Part shown: positions 40,904 to 50,840 of the stretch, in pieces | Numbering within the stretch: the stretch's first letter is position 1 | Layout of the letters: every line of letters starts with the position of its first letter | Source: a virus | DNA: 64,000 nucleotides | Direction: 5' to 3' (one strand) | IMG/VR virus record: IMGVR_UViG_3300006735_000018 | Coordinates: 28,963-92,962 of that record | Translations under genes and position numbers: made by a program | Notes under the pieces: generated by a model | The model's input: the letters and a program-made list of their open reading frames with translations, nothing else | Databases searched by the model: none | What the model was told of the DNA's origin: nothing

Positions 40904-42643
40904 ATGGAACTAAATTTACCGGAAATAGAAGCAAAAAAACTACTTTCAGAATATTCTGGAGCTAATAACTATATACTACAATTAAAATATTCATATGAGA
41001 TATACAAATCTAAAACACTAACAAGGTCTCAAGCTGAATATATCATTAATAATTACGATAAGACACCTAAAGTAGCAAGGAAGTGGGTGGAAATAGATGA
41101 TTATTTTTCAGAAAGTTTAATGACTGATAATTTTTTAAGTGAAAAACCTAAATCTATTTGGGTTGAAAAAATATTATCGGAAAAGCCCAAGGCTTTTCAT
41201 ATATGGGGTAAAATATTAGAAAAACAAAAACTCTATAGTTTTTGGGTACCTAAAAATCAAATTATACCAAACACAGAAAGAAAGGTTACTGTAGATTTTT
41301 CACCATATTCACATAGAATGCCTTACGAACATCAAAAAACAGCTGTAGAAAAATTATTAGGTAATGATAAATTTATACTAGCTGATGATATGGGTGTGGG
41401 TAAAACTACAAGTGCTACTATAGCTGCTATTGAAAGTGGGGCAAAAAAAGTTTTAATAATATGTCCAGCTACCCTTAAATTAAACTGGAAAAGAGAGATT
41501 GAAAATTATTCTGATGATAAGATTTCTATAATCCAAGGTAAGAATTGGGAGTGTGGTAAGTTTGTTATTATTAATTATGATATTCTTAAAAACTTTCACA
41601 GTTTAGATAAAAAAGATGACATTACAACTATTTTAGATGAAAATTTTGATTTGGTTGTTATCGACGAAGCTCATTATATTTCTAATACAAAAGCACAAAG
41701 GACTAAATTGGCTAATGATATTGTGAAAAAGATAGGTAGGGTTTGGTTATTAACTGGTACCCCAATGACGTCACGTCCTATGAATTATTATAATCTTCTA
41801 AAACTAGTTGATTCTAGAGTAGCCAAGAACTGGGTTAGTTACGTTAAAAGATATTGTGAAGGATTTCAAATAAATAGAGGAGGTAGAAAAATCTGGTTAA
41901 CTCATGGTGCCTCAAATCTTGATGAATTGAGGGATAGGACTAAACAAAAGGTGTTAAGACGTTTAAAAGAAGAAATACTGGATTTACCTGATAAAATTAT
42001 AACACCTATATTTTTAGAACTTAATTCAAAAGAATATAAAAAGGAGGTTGGTGAGTATTTAGATTGGGCAAATGAAAATAAAAACGAAAGTCTTAGTATA
42101 CAATTAAATAAGTTAATGAAGGTTAGGCAAATAATAGCTAAAGAAAAACTAAATAATACTTTTGAATTAATTGACCAGTGTTTAGAACAAGATAAGAAAG
42201 TTATTGTTTTTACAAATTTTACAGAACCTCTAATGGAAATTTGGTCAAAATACAAAAAAATGGCTGTTCCGTTATACGGTAAAATGAGTCAAGAACAAAG
42301 ACAGGAAAGTGTAGATTCTTTTCAAAATGACCCAAAAACAAAAATATTTGTTTCAAACATAAAAGCTGGTGGTGTCGGTATTACCCTAACTGCTGGTGAA
42401 GTTGTTATTTTTAATGATTTGTCTTTTGTACCTTCAGATATGGCACAAGCAGAAGATAGGGCTTTTAGAATTGGTCAAAAGAAAAATGTATCTTGCTTAT
42501 ATCCAATATTTGAGAATACTTTAGAAAAGATAATATATAACATAGTACAAAAGAAAAAGCGTATCATCGATACCGTTATGGGTGACCACATAGAAGAAGA
42601 CGATTTGATGTTAAGTATTTTAGAAGAAATGCAATTACTCTAG
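40904..42643 (+). CDS. SNF2-family helicase (SMARCAL1/HARP-like)
   Basis: LADDMGVGKT, ICPATLKLNWKREI, DEAH, LTGTP, RRLK, GVGITLT and QAEDRAFRIGQ. Confidence 0.92.
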   Translation: MELNLPEIEAKKLLSEYSGANNYILQLKYSYEIYKSKTLTRSQAEYIINNYDKTPKVARKWVEIDDYFSESLMTDNFLSEKPKSIWVEKILSEKPKAFHIWGKILEKQKLYSFWVPKNQIIPNTERKVTVDFSPYSHRMPYEHQKTAVEKLLGNDKFILADDMGVGKTTSATIAAIESGAKKVLIICPATLKLNWKREIENYSDDKISIIQGKNWECGKFVIINYDILKNFHSLDKKDDITTILDENFDLVVIDEAHYISNTKAQRTKLANDIVKKIGRVWLLTGTPMTSRPMNYYNLLKLVDSRVAKNWVSYVKRYCEGFQINRGGRKIWLTHGASNLDELRDRTKQKVLRRLKEEILDLPDKIITPIFLELNSKEYKKEVGEYLDWANENKNESLSIQLNKLMKVRQIIAKEKLNNTFELIDQCLEQDKKVIVFTNFTEPLMEIWSKYKKMAVPLYGKMSQEQRQESVDSFQNDPKTKIFVSNIKAGGVGITLTAGEVVIFNDLSFVPSDMAQAEDRAFRIGQKKNVSCLYPIFENTLEKIIYNIVQKKKRIIDTVMGDHIEEDDLMLSILEEMQLL

Positions 42644-42667
42644 GTATTTATTAAAAAATATGCCTTA

Positions 42668-44311
42668 ATGAGTCTTATCCGAGAAGAAATAAATAGAGTT
42701 AGAGAAATAATGGGTTTACCTGTAATTAAAGAACAGGTAGAAATACCAGCTGACACTTCTCGTAATATGAAAAATAATGTCTATAAAGATTTCTGGAATA
42801 AATATGATACTATGACTTATTGTAATTTTTTAGAGTACTGGAAAAATAAATACAATGAAGAGTACAGTGAAAACAATGGTGGTAGTTATGAACAATCTGT
42901 TAAAGACGCTTTTGAAAAACATAAAACTTCAAAATTACCACTAAGACTCCTTAATACTTTTGCTTGGATAGAAAATCGTGGTCGTGAAAAAGGCGATAAC
43001 GGTCAAGGTTGTTGGGGATTATTTCAATATTGTAGACCTTATTGGTCGGATTATGGTATAACTAGTCAAGAGGATGCTGAAAATGCAGATATCGCTACAA
43101 GACAATTTGTAAAACACGCTACAAGTTTAGGTAATAGTTTTTCTAGTAGTATTGGGGTGGATGTTTTTACTCCAGAAAATCAGTGGTTATTATATCTTGT
43201 ATGGCAACAAGGTTCTGGTGGTATTAGAAGAATTTATAATAATTGTGAAGATACAGAAACATTTAAAGGTGATAAAATATTTGTAAAACCAGAACTGAAA
43301 ACCATAGGACCTAAAACAGTAGGAGATATTGAAATGGGCAAAGATACATTACAAAGAGGTGATAGTGGTGATTTAGTTAAATATGTACAACTTATGTTAG
43401 TTAACGACTATAGTATCGATTTAGGTGAAAGTGGTCCTATGAATGATGGTATAGATGGTAAGTTTTTAGATATTATGGAAGATGGTGTAAAAGAATTCCA
43501 AGAAAGATTTAATTTAGTGGTAGATGGTGTTGTAGGTAGGTGTACATTAGAAACTATAGTTAAGGGTAGAACCCCTAGATGTTGTAGAAAAAATGCTTGT
43601 AAAAAAGATAATTGTAAAGATTCTGTTTGGTGTAGTAAAATTAAAAAGGATAAAGAAAAAATAACTAAAAATAAGAAGAAGGACGACAAAGAGGTAAATG
43701 TGAATAATGTAACACCTGGTAATAAACTACCTGGTAACTTTGCTGAAATACCTGGTGGACAAGGAAACTTTAGATGTGAACAACCTACCCTTAAAGAGTT
43801 GGCCAAAGTATTTGAGGATTACCCCGATATAGAAAGGGTTGTTAGGATGAATAACGAAGAGGGGACCGGTGTTGAAAAACATGATGAAAAAGCATATGTA
43901 GAATCTACAGGTAGAGAATATATATGGTTTAATGCTCATGACCCTTATCGTGGTGGAAGAAACTATGAAACTGGTTACACCGGAGCTGTAGAAAAGGGAT
44001 TAAACGAACTTAATAAAGGTAACACTTTAATTCATTGTACACATGGTGCTGATAGAACTGGTTTTGTTGTAGCTGCCTACATTAAAGAAAGACTGGGTTG
44101 GTCTAATGAAAAGTTATGGGACTATACCACTCAATTTAATGGTTGGGATGGTGGTTATGATGGTTGTTGTGCTAATGCAAAATATAGGAGTAAATTAATT
44201 TGTAACGCTACTAATTTTGTTTACTACCTATCTTCCTTTTATCCTATAAAAGAGTGGTGTGAAGCTAAAGAAGCCAGAATGGATTGTAAAGTTTGTAAAA
44301 AATATAAATAA
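42668..44311 (+). CDS. Multidomain protein: lysozyme/transglycosylase-like, peptidoglycan-binding and CX5R protein-tyrosine/dual-specificity phosphatase
   Basis: FAWIENRG...GCWGLFQY (SLT-like); LQRGDSGDLVKYVQ...DGKF...VKEFQ...LVVDGVVG (PG_binding_1); IHCTHGADRTG (PTP P-loop). Confidence 0.78.
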   Translation: MSLIREEINRVREIMGLPVIKEQVEIPADTSRNMKNNVYKDFWNKYDTMTYCNFLEYWKNKYNEEYSENNGGSYEQSVKDAFEKHKTSKLPLRLLNTFAWIENRGREKGDNGQGCWGLFQYCRPYWSDYGITSQEDAENADIATRQFVKHATSLGNSFSSSIGVDVFTPENQWLLYLVWQQGSGGIRRIYNNCEDTETFKGDKIFVKPELKTIGPKTVGDIEMGKDTLQRGDSGDLVKYVQLMLVNDYSIDLGESGPMNDGIDGKFLDIMEDGVKEFQERFNLVVDGVVGRCTLETIVKGRTPRCCRKNACKKDNCKDSVWCSKIKKDKEKITKNKKKDDKEVNVNNVTPGNKLPGNFAEIPGGQGNFRCEQPTLKELAKVFEDYPDIERVVRMNNEEGTGVEKHDEKAYVESTGREYIWFNAHDPYRGGRNYETGYTGAVEKGLNELNKGNTLIHCTHGADRTGFVVAAYIKERLGWSNEKLWDYTTQFNGWDGGYDGCCANAKYRSKLICNATNFVYYLSSFYPIKEWCEAKEARMDCKVCKKYK

Positions 44312-44781
44312 TGAATGACTTTGAAAGACTTATAGACGATTTGGACCCCGTAAAAGGTGGTCCCCTAACAACACTGACTAACCCAGAGAGACACGACGTG
44401 GCGAGGTTTATAGAGCAGCTTAGGTTGTGGGGTAAATATAATATGGTAATGACAGATTTAAGTCCGTTTCTAACTGATGCTAAATCTGTTATAGAAGGAG
44501 AACTCGCTCAAGAGATACTATTATATGCAAAAGAAACAGAAGAATTTCCGGTTAATATGTCAGAATTTATGGAAAATCAACCAGAATCATTACGATATAT
44601 TTGGGAAAACTCTCAAAAAATGAGAGATTTAATGACTAGAGCTACATTAAGATTTATGGAGTCACAAAATTTAGGTATGGACGATAAAAATATTAATGAT
44701 GTTTTTAAAATGTTATCTAGAAAAATTTATCAAAGTATTTTAAGAGGACCCTTTTTAAGTAGAATCCAATCAAAAAGCTAA
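44311..44781 (+). CDS. Hypothetical protein
   Basis: 156 aa, coupled to the upstream gene. Confidence 0.6.
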   Translation: MNDFERLIDDLDPVKGGPLTTLTNPERHDVARFIEQLRLWGKYNMVMTDLSPFLTDAKSVIEGELAQEILLYAKETEEFPVNMSEFMENQPESLRYIWENSQKMRDLMTRATLRFMESQNLGMDDKNINDVFKMLSRKIYQSILRGPFLSRIQSKS

Positions 44782-45834
44782 AGATGGGAATGTGTTTCTA
44801 GAAATTTCTGGAAAATTATCAACCACATTAGTTTTTAACCAAGGACCCCAATTATCATAAATGTTTTCACTCCAACTCCAAAAATTCTTATAACTAATAG
44901 GTCCACTAATAGGTTTTGCTTGTTCTGGTTTAAAAGGTGTATTATTTTTCATAGACTCATATAAATTATTACTAGAACTATAAAGTAACATCATTAGTGG
45001 TAAATTTAACCCGTCCATTTCCATTTTACTCATTAATGTGCCAGTTTCTAATGAAAGTGGTACTAAATAAGACATGGTTTGTGGTTTTATCTTAAACTGA
45101 TTTAATTTTTGTTTTACGTTTTGTGGTTGTAAATCTAATTGTTTTACTAACTTATCTTCTATAATTTTTATAAGTTTATTAGATTGTATTTTTTTTATAT
45201 CACCTATTTTATCGTCACTATCAAACTTAGTTTTCATATTAATTTCTGGTACTGAATCCCCTTCTGTACTTTGTGAACTTTGTGTAGTTTGTGTAGTTTG
45301 TGTGTCTTGTGTTGTTTGTGGTTGTGATGTTTGTCTAGGTTCCGAAGTTGTATCTATAGGTTCTACCGTTGTTACTGTTGGTCTTGTTATTGGCCTTCTT
45401 CTAACTTCACCACTACATGGTGAATTACTTATACAGTCTCTTTGTGTGTTATAATAAGGAAATCCATAAAACAATGTTCTTTGTATACCAGCATCATCTC
45501 TAATTTGTTGACATCTTGGGAAATTTACGGGGTCTTTACATATCCATTTACCCATAAGTTCTCTTCTTTCTTGTTCTCTTTCCCTATCTTCTAAGTCTTC
45601 TCGTTCCCTTTCTTGTCTTTCTCTATCGTCTATTCTTTCTTCTTCTCTTTCCCTATCCTCCCTTTCTCTATCTTCTCTTTCACGTTCCCTATCCTCAATT
45701 TCTCTATCTTCTGGTTCTCTACTAGGGGTTTCCCTGTCTACTTCAACGTCACGTCTAAGGTCCATATCTTCAACGTCCTCTTTATCCCTAACCTGTTCTA
45801 ATATAACTTTATGTATGATATTCAATAATTTCAT
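44770..45834 (-). CDS. Hypothetical protein with an R/E/D charged repeat, a Cys mini-domain and a Thr/Gln linker
   Basis: 354 aa; leader MKLLNIIHKVILEQ, EDREREE repeats, C..C..C..C module and QTT repeats. Confidence 0.65.
   Translation of the reverse strand: MKLLNIIHKVILEQVRDKEDVEDMDLRRDVEVDRETPSREPEDREIEDREREREDREREDREREEERIDDRERQEREREDLEDREREQERRELMGKWICKDPVNFPRCQQIRDDAGIQRTLFYGFPYYNTQRDCISNSPCSGEVRRRPITRPTVTTVEPIDTTSEPRQTSQPQTTQDTQTTQTTQSSQSTEGDSVPEINMKTKFDSDDKIGDIKKIQSNKLIKIIEDKLVKQLDLQPQNVKQKLNQFKIKPQTMSYLVPLSLETGTLMSKMEMDGLNLPLMMLLYSSSNNLYESMKNNTPFKPEQAKPISGPISYKNFWSWSENIYDNWGPWLKTNVVDNFPEISRNTFPSLAF
45560..45745 (-). repeat. Low-complexity (EDRER)n charged repeat in the coding sequence
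   Basis: Imperfect tandem E-D-R-E-R repeats; pyrimidine-rich on the + strand. Confidence 0.7.
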
Positions 45835-45861
45835 ATAATATAAATACCTAGATTAATTGTA

Positions 45862-45891
45862 TAAAAAAACCCTGACCGTCGTCAGGGTTTT
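45862..45891 (-). terminator. Rho-independent terminator
   Basis: AAAACCCTGAC/GTCAGGGTTTT stem with a 4-nt loop and a T-run on the minus strand, downstream of the OMP gene. Confidence 0.8.
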
Positions 45892-45996
45892 CGCAACTCT
45901 TAGTAATTTAAAATCCGTAATTAGTTTCCATTTTTTGGTTGCGGGAAAAAACTTTCACTAATTTGCAACCGTTCTAAATTACCTAACCTGTCTTTT

Positions 45997-46431
45997 TTAG
46001 AATCTATATGATAAACCAAGATTGAAAGTGCCCTCTCTTTCTCCGTTCTCATCTTCTTTTAATCCCATACTGTAATTTGGTTCAACGTATAAACCATTCC
46101 ACACATTGTATGAATAACCTAAACCTAGCGTTAAGTTGTCCATCATTTCTTCTGTTGGAGCTTGAACTGATACATACACGTTTGCGTTCCAGTTGTATCT
46201 CCCCCAAAGGTCGTAAGACTTGTCACCTAATGAATCTTCTCCAGCTGTTACTAAACCAACAGTCCAAGTATCGTTTAATTTATAACCAATACCCATGTTG
46301 TCAGTTAAGTTAGACATTTCGAATGATTCACCATCTTCTGGTGAACTGTAAGTTGTTACTACCATGAAATTCTGTGCTGATGCAAATAATGTTGAAAGTG
46401 CTACAGCGGATGTTAAAATCAATTTTTTCAT
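45997..46431 (-). CDS. Small outer-membrane beta-barrel protein
   Basis: Sec signal peptide (MKKLIL...ASA|Q), amphipathic beta-strands (MGIGYKL, LGLGYSY, YVEPNYS) and a C-terminal BAM signal LGLSYRF. Confidence 0.8.
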   Translation of the reverse strand: MKKLILTSAVALSTLFASAQNFMVVTTYSSPEDGESFEMSNLTDNMGIGYKLNDTWTVGLVTAGEDSLGDKSYDLWGRYNWNANVYVSVQAPTEEMMDNLTLGLGYSYNVWNGLYVEPNYSMGLKEDENGEREGTFNLGLSYRF

Positions 46432-46512
46432 TTTTTCTATTTAACTTTTTTTTATATTCTTTTTTATATTATTTCTCTTTTTAAAGATGGTGCGAATAAC
46501 CATCTTTTAGTT

Positions 46513-46737
46513 TTACTTCTTAACGAAGAATGACGTTAAAAGTACTAACACGATTAAACCTACGAAACCTCCTTCACCAAGTGAAGTGATAAGAGCAGAA
46601 AGATTTGCTACTACATCCATTCCGAAAACTGAACCACCTGTTAAGACGTACCACAAGATTGATACTGGAACTACAGCCATTAAAACTGAACCTAGTCCTC
46701 CAAAAAATCCTGTAATCATTTTCATTACGTTATCCAT
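46513..46737 (-). CDS. Small integral membrane protein
   Basis: 74 aa, almost entirely hydrophobic with 2-3 predicted TM helices, Gly-rich; co-oriented with the OMP gene. Confidence 0.72.
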   Translation of the reverse strand: MDNVMKMITGFFGGLGSVLMAVVPVSILWYVLTGGSVFGMDVVANLSALITSLGEGGFVGLIVLVLLTSFFVKK

Positions 46738-47020
46738 AATTAATTTTTTTTAAAGTTTATGATTACACCAAATTACGGTGTATTCGTTATGATAAATACC
46801 ACTAAATTTAGTCAAAATAACCAAAATTTACAATTATCTTTGTAGTTAAAAACCCTAAAAATGAAAAAATCACCTATATTAAACACCATACACAACAAAA
46901 ATTTAGCCGCTATTTTTTTAAAAAAAATTGTAATAATTTTAAAATTTAACTAAAAATTAACCACTTTTTACTAATGGATATTACTAATTTCATGTATATT
47001 TATAATAAAAAGTATAAGTT

Positions 47021-47830
47021 ATGAATAGAAGAAAAGATGTTAAACTCTTAGAAAACGTAATCCGTAAAATGGTTTCTGAATCAAAAGCGGGTGATATTAA
47101 ACAAGAAGTACAAGCAGCTTATGACGCTGTTAAGGCTGTAAAAAATAAACTTAAGGGTATGGGTAAAACCAACAAAGACTTAAAGGTAATGAAAGCCGCT
47201 GCAAGAAAAATGGTTGATGAGTTAGAGGATTTGGAGGATTTAGACATGGAAGAGGAAATGACTGAAATGGATGATGAGACTGTTAAAAGGAATGAACAAT
47301 CTGAAGGTTATGGTACTTTTAAAGGTTTAGGTATGAATGAGAATAAAGTTATAAAGTTGTCTGAAAACGATTTAAACGTTCTTTTAAAGAATGTTGTAGC
47401 TAAAAAAAAAGATAAGTTAAGGGAAAACTTATTAAGAGACGTTAAAAACACTTATAGTTTAATAAGAGACAGAATTGTTATAGAAGGGGTACAAAACCTA
47501 AGAATCCCTAATTACACCCAATTAATTAACGAACAATCAGAATGGAGTGGTGGTCGTAATCCTGGTGCTTCAGCCGCTGATGGTATAGAGAATATATTAG
47601 ATAACCTAAAGAAAGCGTGGAGTATGATTAAAGATTCCACAACTAGAAAACAAATATCCAATACTTTAACTAAATTAAATAATTTTGCAACCTATACAGC
47701 TGAATTAATAGGTTCAGGACAAAGTCAATCAGCCCCTAGAAGTTACGAGCAATTAGCTGACCCATTACCTTACCCTGAATTAGACGAACCTGAAGATTTA
47801 GAAGATATTGACGATGAAATTTCTATGTAG
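47021..47830 (+). CDS. Acidic helical hypothetical protein (possible head internal protein)
   Basis: 269 aa with multiple I/L-x-E sites and an internal KVIKLSENDLNVLLKNVV motif; preceded by TATTTAT at 46997-47003. Confidence 0.65.
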   Translation: MNRRKDVKLLENVIRKMVSESKAGDIKQEVQAAYDAVKAVKNKLKGMGKTNKDLKVMKAAARKMVDELEDLEDLDMEEEMTEMDDETVKRNEQSEGYGTFKGLGMNENKVIKLSENDLNVLLKNVVAKKKDKLRENLLRDVKNTYSLIRDRIVIEGVQNLRIPNYTQLINEQSEWSGGRNPGASAADGIENILDNLKKAWSMIKDSTTRKQISNTLTKLNNFATYTAELIGSGQSQSAPRSYEQLADPLPYPELDEPEDLEDIDDEISM

Positions 47831-47835
47831 AATAT

Positions 47836-47862
47836 AAAAAGAGTCCTCTAGGACTCTTTTTT
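47836..47862. terminator. Bidirectional Rho-independent terminator
   Basis: AAAAAGAGTCC-TCTA-GGACTCTTTTT between convergent genes. Confidence 0.85.
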
Positions 47863-48094
47863 ATTTAATTATCTTACCACCGTTACCTAAAATTAATACT
47901 ACAATAAGTGGACATAATAATGGTGATTTTAAAAAATGTGTAAAAATATAGAAATTATACCAACCATTAGACGGGTTTCCATTACGTTTTTTTTCAAAAT
48001 TTAAATAATTTTCCTGAAGTTGTTTTTTATTAAGTTCAACAAAAGGTACCATTACTATTAATGAAAAAAGAATATATCCTAGTATGTATGTCAT
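47861..48094 (-). CDS. Small two-TM membrane protein
   Basis: 77 aa with hydrophobic N- and C-terminal segments; upstream TATATTTG motif at 48124-48131. Confidence 0.6.
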   Translation of the reverse strand: MTYILGYILFSLIVMVPFVELNKKQLQENYLNFEKKRNGNPSNGWYNFYIFTHFLKSPLLCPLIVVLILGNGGKIIK

Positions 48095-48258
48095 GTTATT
48101 AGTATTTTAAGGTTTTTACTATACAAATATACGAAAAAAAAATATAATTAGTTACAATATATCGCACAAAAAAGAGCCATATAGACTCTTTTTTAATTTT
48201 ACCGCACTATAAAATCCCCAAGGTTTGAGGATTTTAAATTTTTATGATGTTTTTAAAA

Positions 48259-48591
48259 TTATCTTCTTCTAATCTTTCTCATTCTTTTGTAACCTTCTTT
48301 CATCATCTCTACACCCATATCCATGTCCATTTTACCTCCACCTGCAGGAGTCATATCACTTGACATAGGACCCGATGGTGCCATAACCTTGTCGTCTTGT
48401 ACTAATGGTTTACAACATGAACAGTCTGATGATTGGTCTTGAAAATCTATAGTACCATAACAACCTTCGTCGTCACCACACTCACACCACCATTCTACAT
48501 CCTTTTCTACCAATAAAGGTTTTTTTGATTCCTTAATAACTCTAGCAATGATTGATTGTAGATTTTTTTCAGTTAGTCTAATTTTTTTCAT
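48259..48591 (-). CDS. Small protein with an N-terminal leader and a Cys-rich core
   Basis: MKKIRLTEKNLQSIIARVIKES followed by WWCECG...GC...DCSCC. Confidence 0.7.
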   Translation of the reverse strand: MKKIRLTEKNLQSIIARVIKESKKPLLVEKDVEWWCECGDDEGCYGTIDFQDQSSDCSCCKPLVQDDKVMAPSGPMSSDMTPAGGGKMDMDMGVEMMKEGYKRMRKIRRR

Positions 48592-48716
48592 AATAATATA
48601 TTTTTATTAATAAATATGTGACAGTTTATAAAAAAACTTAGTTGGTATTTTGGTTTGTAAATTTAATATAAAATTATATTAGTTTAGATGATATTTATAT
48701 ATAAAACGGTATTACT

Positions 48717-49871
48717 ATGGCACAAGCACTAATTTCAGCAGCAAAAAGAGAAAAGTTATTTAGACAATGTAAACATATGTTAGGTGCTCCTATACGTGGG
48801 GTGGAATTATTAGATGAAATGATGGATACTGCGTTAGAAATAGCTATTTTAGATTACGGAATGTACGTACAGGATTGGTTAATTGAAAATCAATGGCAAA
48901 ATCTAGCAAATCAAGATTTAGATAATATTTCTTTAACTAACGCTTTTATGACGAAAGGTTTTGATTTAGAAACACAATACACATACGCTTATTCTAAAAT
49001 AGTAGGTTTACAAGCTGGTGGTCCATGGGAATTAAAACAAGACTTTATAACATTAGTTAACAATCAACAAGTTTATGAAATTCCAGCTTATAGAGAAGTA
49101 AATGAACTTATGTGGTACCAAAGAGCTGAACTAAATGAATCTTTTATCGACCCATTTTTAGGTGGGTTCGGTGGTGGTGGATTTGGTGGGGGTGGAACCT
49201 TTGGGTATGCTCAAATGGGATTACAAGGTTCTTACTTTATGATGCCTGCATTTGATATCCTCTTAAGAATGCAAGATAGAAACTTAAAAAATAGACTTAT
49301 AGGTGGTGATTTAACATATAGAATAACCGCTGGACCTGGTGGTACTGGAGGAGACCCTCACGGTGCAAAAAGAAACGTACACCTAATGAATGTTCCTGGT
49401 GGTAAATTTGATTTTGGTAATGTAGGTCAGGAAAGAGTTTACTATTGGTATTACGACACTTCTACTAGTGGTTCTACAGGTAGTAGAGAGGAATGTTTAA
49501 TAAAAAATAGAGATATAGCTTTATTACCTAGTGATATTAGATTAGATGAAATACCTTATGAAGAGTTGAATTCACCAGCCCAGTCTTGGGTTAGACGATA
49601 TTTCTTTGCGAAATGTAAAGAAATGTTAGGTAGAGTTAGAGGTAAGTTTGGTGGAGCTTTAAAGACACCGGACGCTGATTTAACTTTAGAGTACGATAGT
49701 TTATTAAATGAATCTAAGGAAGAAATTGCTAAGTTAATTGAAGAATTGTCCGAAAGATTAGTTAGAATGAAGGATACAACTCAAAAAGAAGAACAAGCTA
49801 GTAACGCTGAAACACTTAATAGAAGTTTAAGTTATAGACCTATGAATCCAGGACCTATCTATATAATATAA
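48717..49871 (+). CDS. Neck protein (T4 gp13-like head-tail adaptor)
   Basis: LGAP...VEL at the N-terminus and WVRRY..A.CKEMLGRVRGKF...LTL....LL.E...E...L.EEL at the C-terminus. Confidence 0.8.
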   Translation: MAQALISAAKREKLFRQCKHMLGAPIRGVELLDEMMDTALEIAILDYGMYVQDWLIENQWQNLANQDLDNISLTNAFMTKGFDLETQYTYAYSKIVGLQAGGPWELKQDFITLVNNQQVYEIPAYREVNELMWYQRAELNESFIDPFLGGFGGGGFGGGGTFGYAQMGLQGSYFMMPAFDILLRMQDRNLKNRLIGGDLTYRITAGPGGTGGDPHGAKRNVHLMNVPGGKFDFGNVGQERVYYWYYDTSTSGSTGSREECLIKNRDIALLPSDIRLDEIPYEELNSPAQSWVRRYFFAKCKEMLGRVRGKFGGALKTPDADLTLEYDSLLNESKEEIAKLIEELSERLVRMKDTTQKEEQASNAETLNRSLSYRPMNPGPIYII

Positions 49872-49877
49872 TATAAT

Positions 49878-50840
49878 ATGGGATTTTATACACAAGTAGA
49901 TTATTCGAGACAATTAAAACAGTCATCTGCAAATACAGCTGTATTTTCAGGTTCATCAACACATTATGGCGATGTACGGGCGGCAAACCCAACTAGCTAT
50001 TCCTACAATAGGGGTTACACTCTAGATAACTATTCAGGTAGTTCTGGTTTTAGTTTTGTGGTACAAACATCTAACACATTAAGTGGTATGACTGATTATA
50101 GTGATGGTAGAACTTCTACTTATGGTGTTTCTATAACAGCTTATTCTGGACTTTCTAGTGGTAATACTGTCTTATCTATAGCTCAGGTACCTCTATTACC
50201 GGTTAATCCTGGAGCGACATCATTAACTTTAACAGCTAGTTGTTTACAAATAGCTACAGGTAATTTAATTTCTTCATCTTCTACAGATTTAGGTATTGAT
50301 ACTTTAGGTAATGTGGTAATTGATACGTCTTCTAGAAGATTTAAAGAAAATATAGAAGATATAGATTTTAAAAATTTAGATAAGTTATTAGAACTAAACC
50401 CTAGAAAATTTAAATGGAAATCAAATAAAAGTGATGATTGGGGTTACATAGCTGAAGAGGTGGAATCTTTAGGTTTAACTGATTTTGTAAATTATGAAGG
50501 TGGTGTACCTCACTCTGTAAAATATAAGAAACTTACAATTTTATTAATAGCTTATTTAAAAAAACACGGTTTAGGTAATAGTAAAACTGTTACTTGTGAC
50601 TGTCCTAAAGAAGAGTTTGTTGTTTTAACTAAAGACACAACATATCTTCTTGATAGTACAAAAGCAAAAAAATACATAATAAAATCTTTAGCTAATTGTA
50701 GTGTAGAACCTGATATGGGTTTAATAGACAATGAGTGGGATTCTTTGGATATGTTACCTGAAAGTTGTGTAGAATTTAGATTTTACGAACCTCTGTCCTC
50801 TTGGATGATTGTTTCTTCAGACGGTATTAAGGAGTCCTAA
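49878..50840 (+). CDS. Tail-fibre-type protein with a peptidase S74 intramolecular chaperone domain
   Basis: SSRRFKENIEDI...L.LNPRKFKWK...WGYIAEEVE...V.Y..L..LLI. Confidence 0.75.
   Translation: MGFYTQVDYSRQLKQSSANTAVFSGSSTHYGDVRAANPTSYSYNRGYTLDNYSGSSGFSFVVQTSNTLSGMTDYSDGRTSTYGVSITAYSGLSSGNTVLSIAQVPLLPVNPGATSLTLTASCLQIATGNLISSSSTDLGIDTLGNVVIDTSSRRFKENIEDIDFKNLDKLLELNPRKFKWKSNKSDDWGYIAEEVESLGLTDFVNYEGGVPHSVKYKKLTILLIAYLKKHGLGNSKTVTCDCPKEEFVVLTKDTTYLLDSTKAKKYIIKSLANCSVEPDMGLIDNEWDSLDMLPESCVEFRFYEPLSSWMIVSSDGIKES

Noticed and set aside
45260-45745. Tandem repeats considered as a CRISPR array or VNTR
   Set aside because: Imperfect in-frame coding repeats (QTT, EDRER) without a constant repeat and unique spacer structure.
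46861-46953. 30-aa + strand ORF downstream of a TATCTTTG box
   Set aside because: Very AT-rich with no motif; cannot be distinguished from chance.
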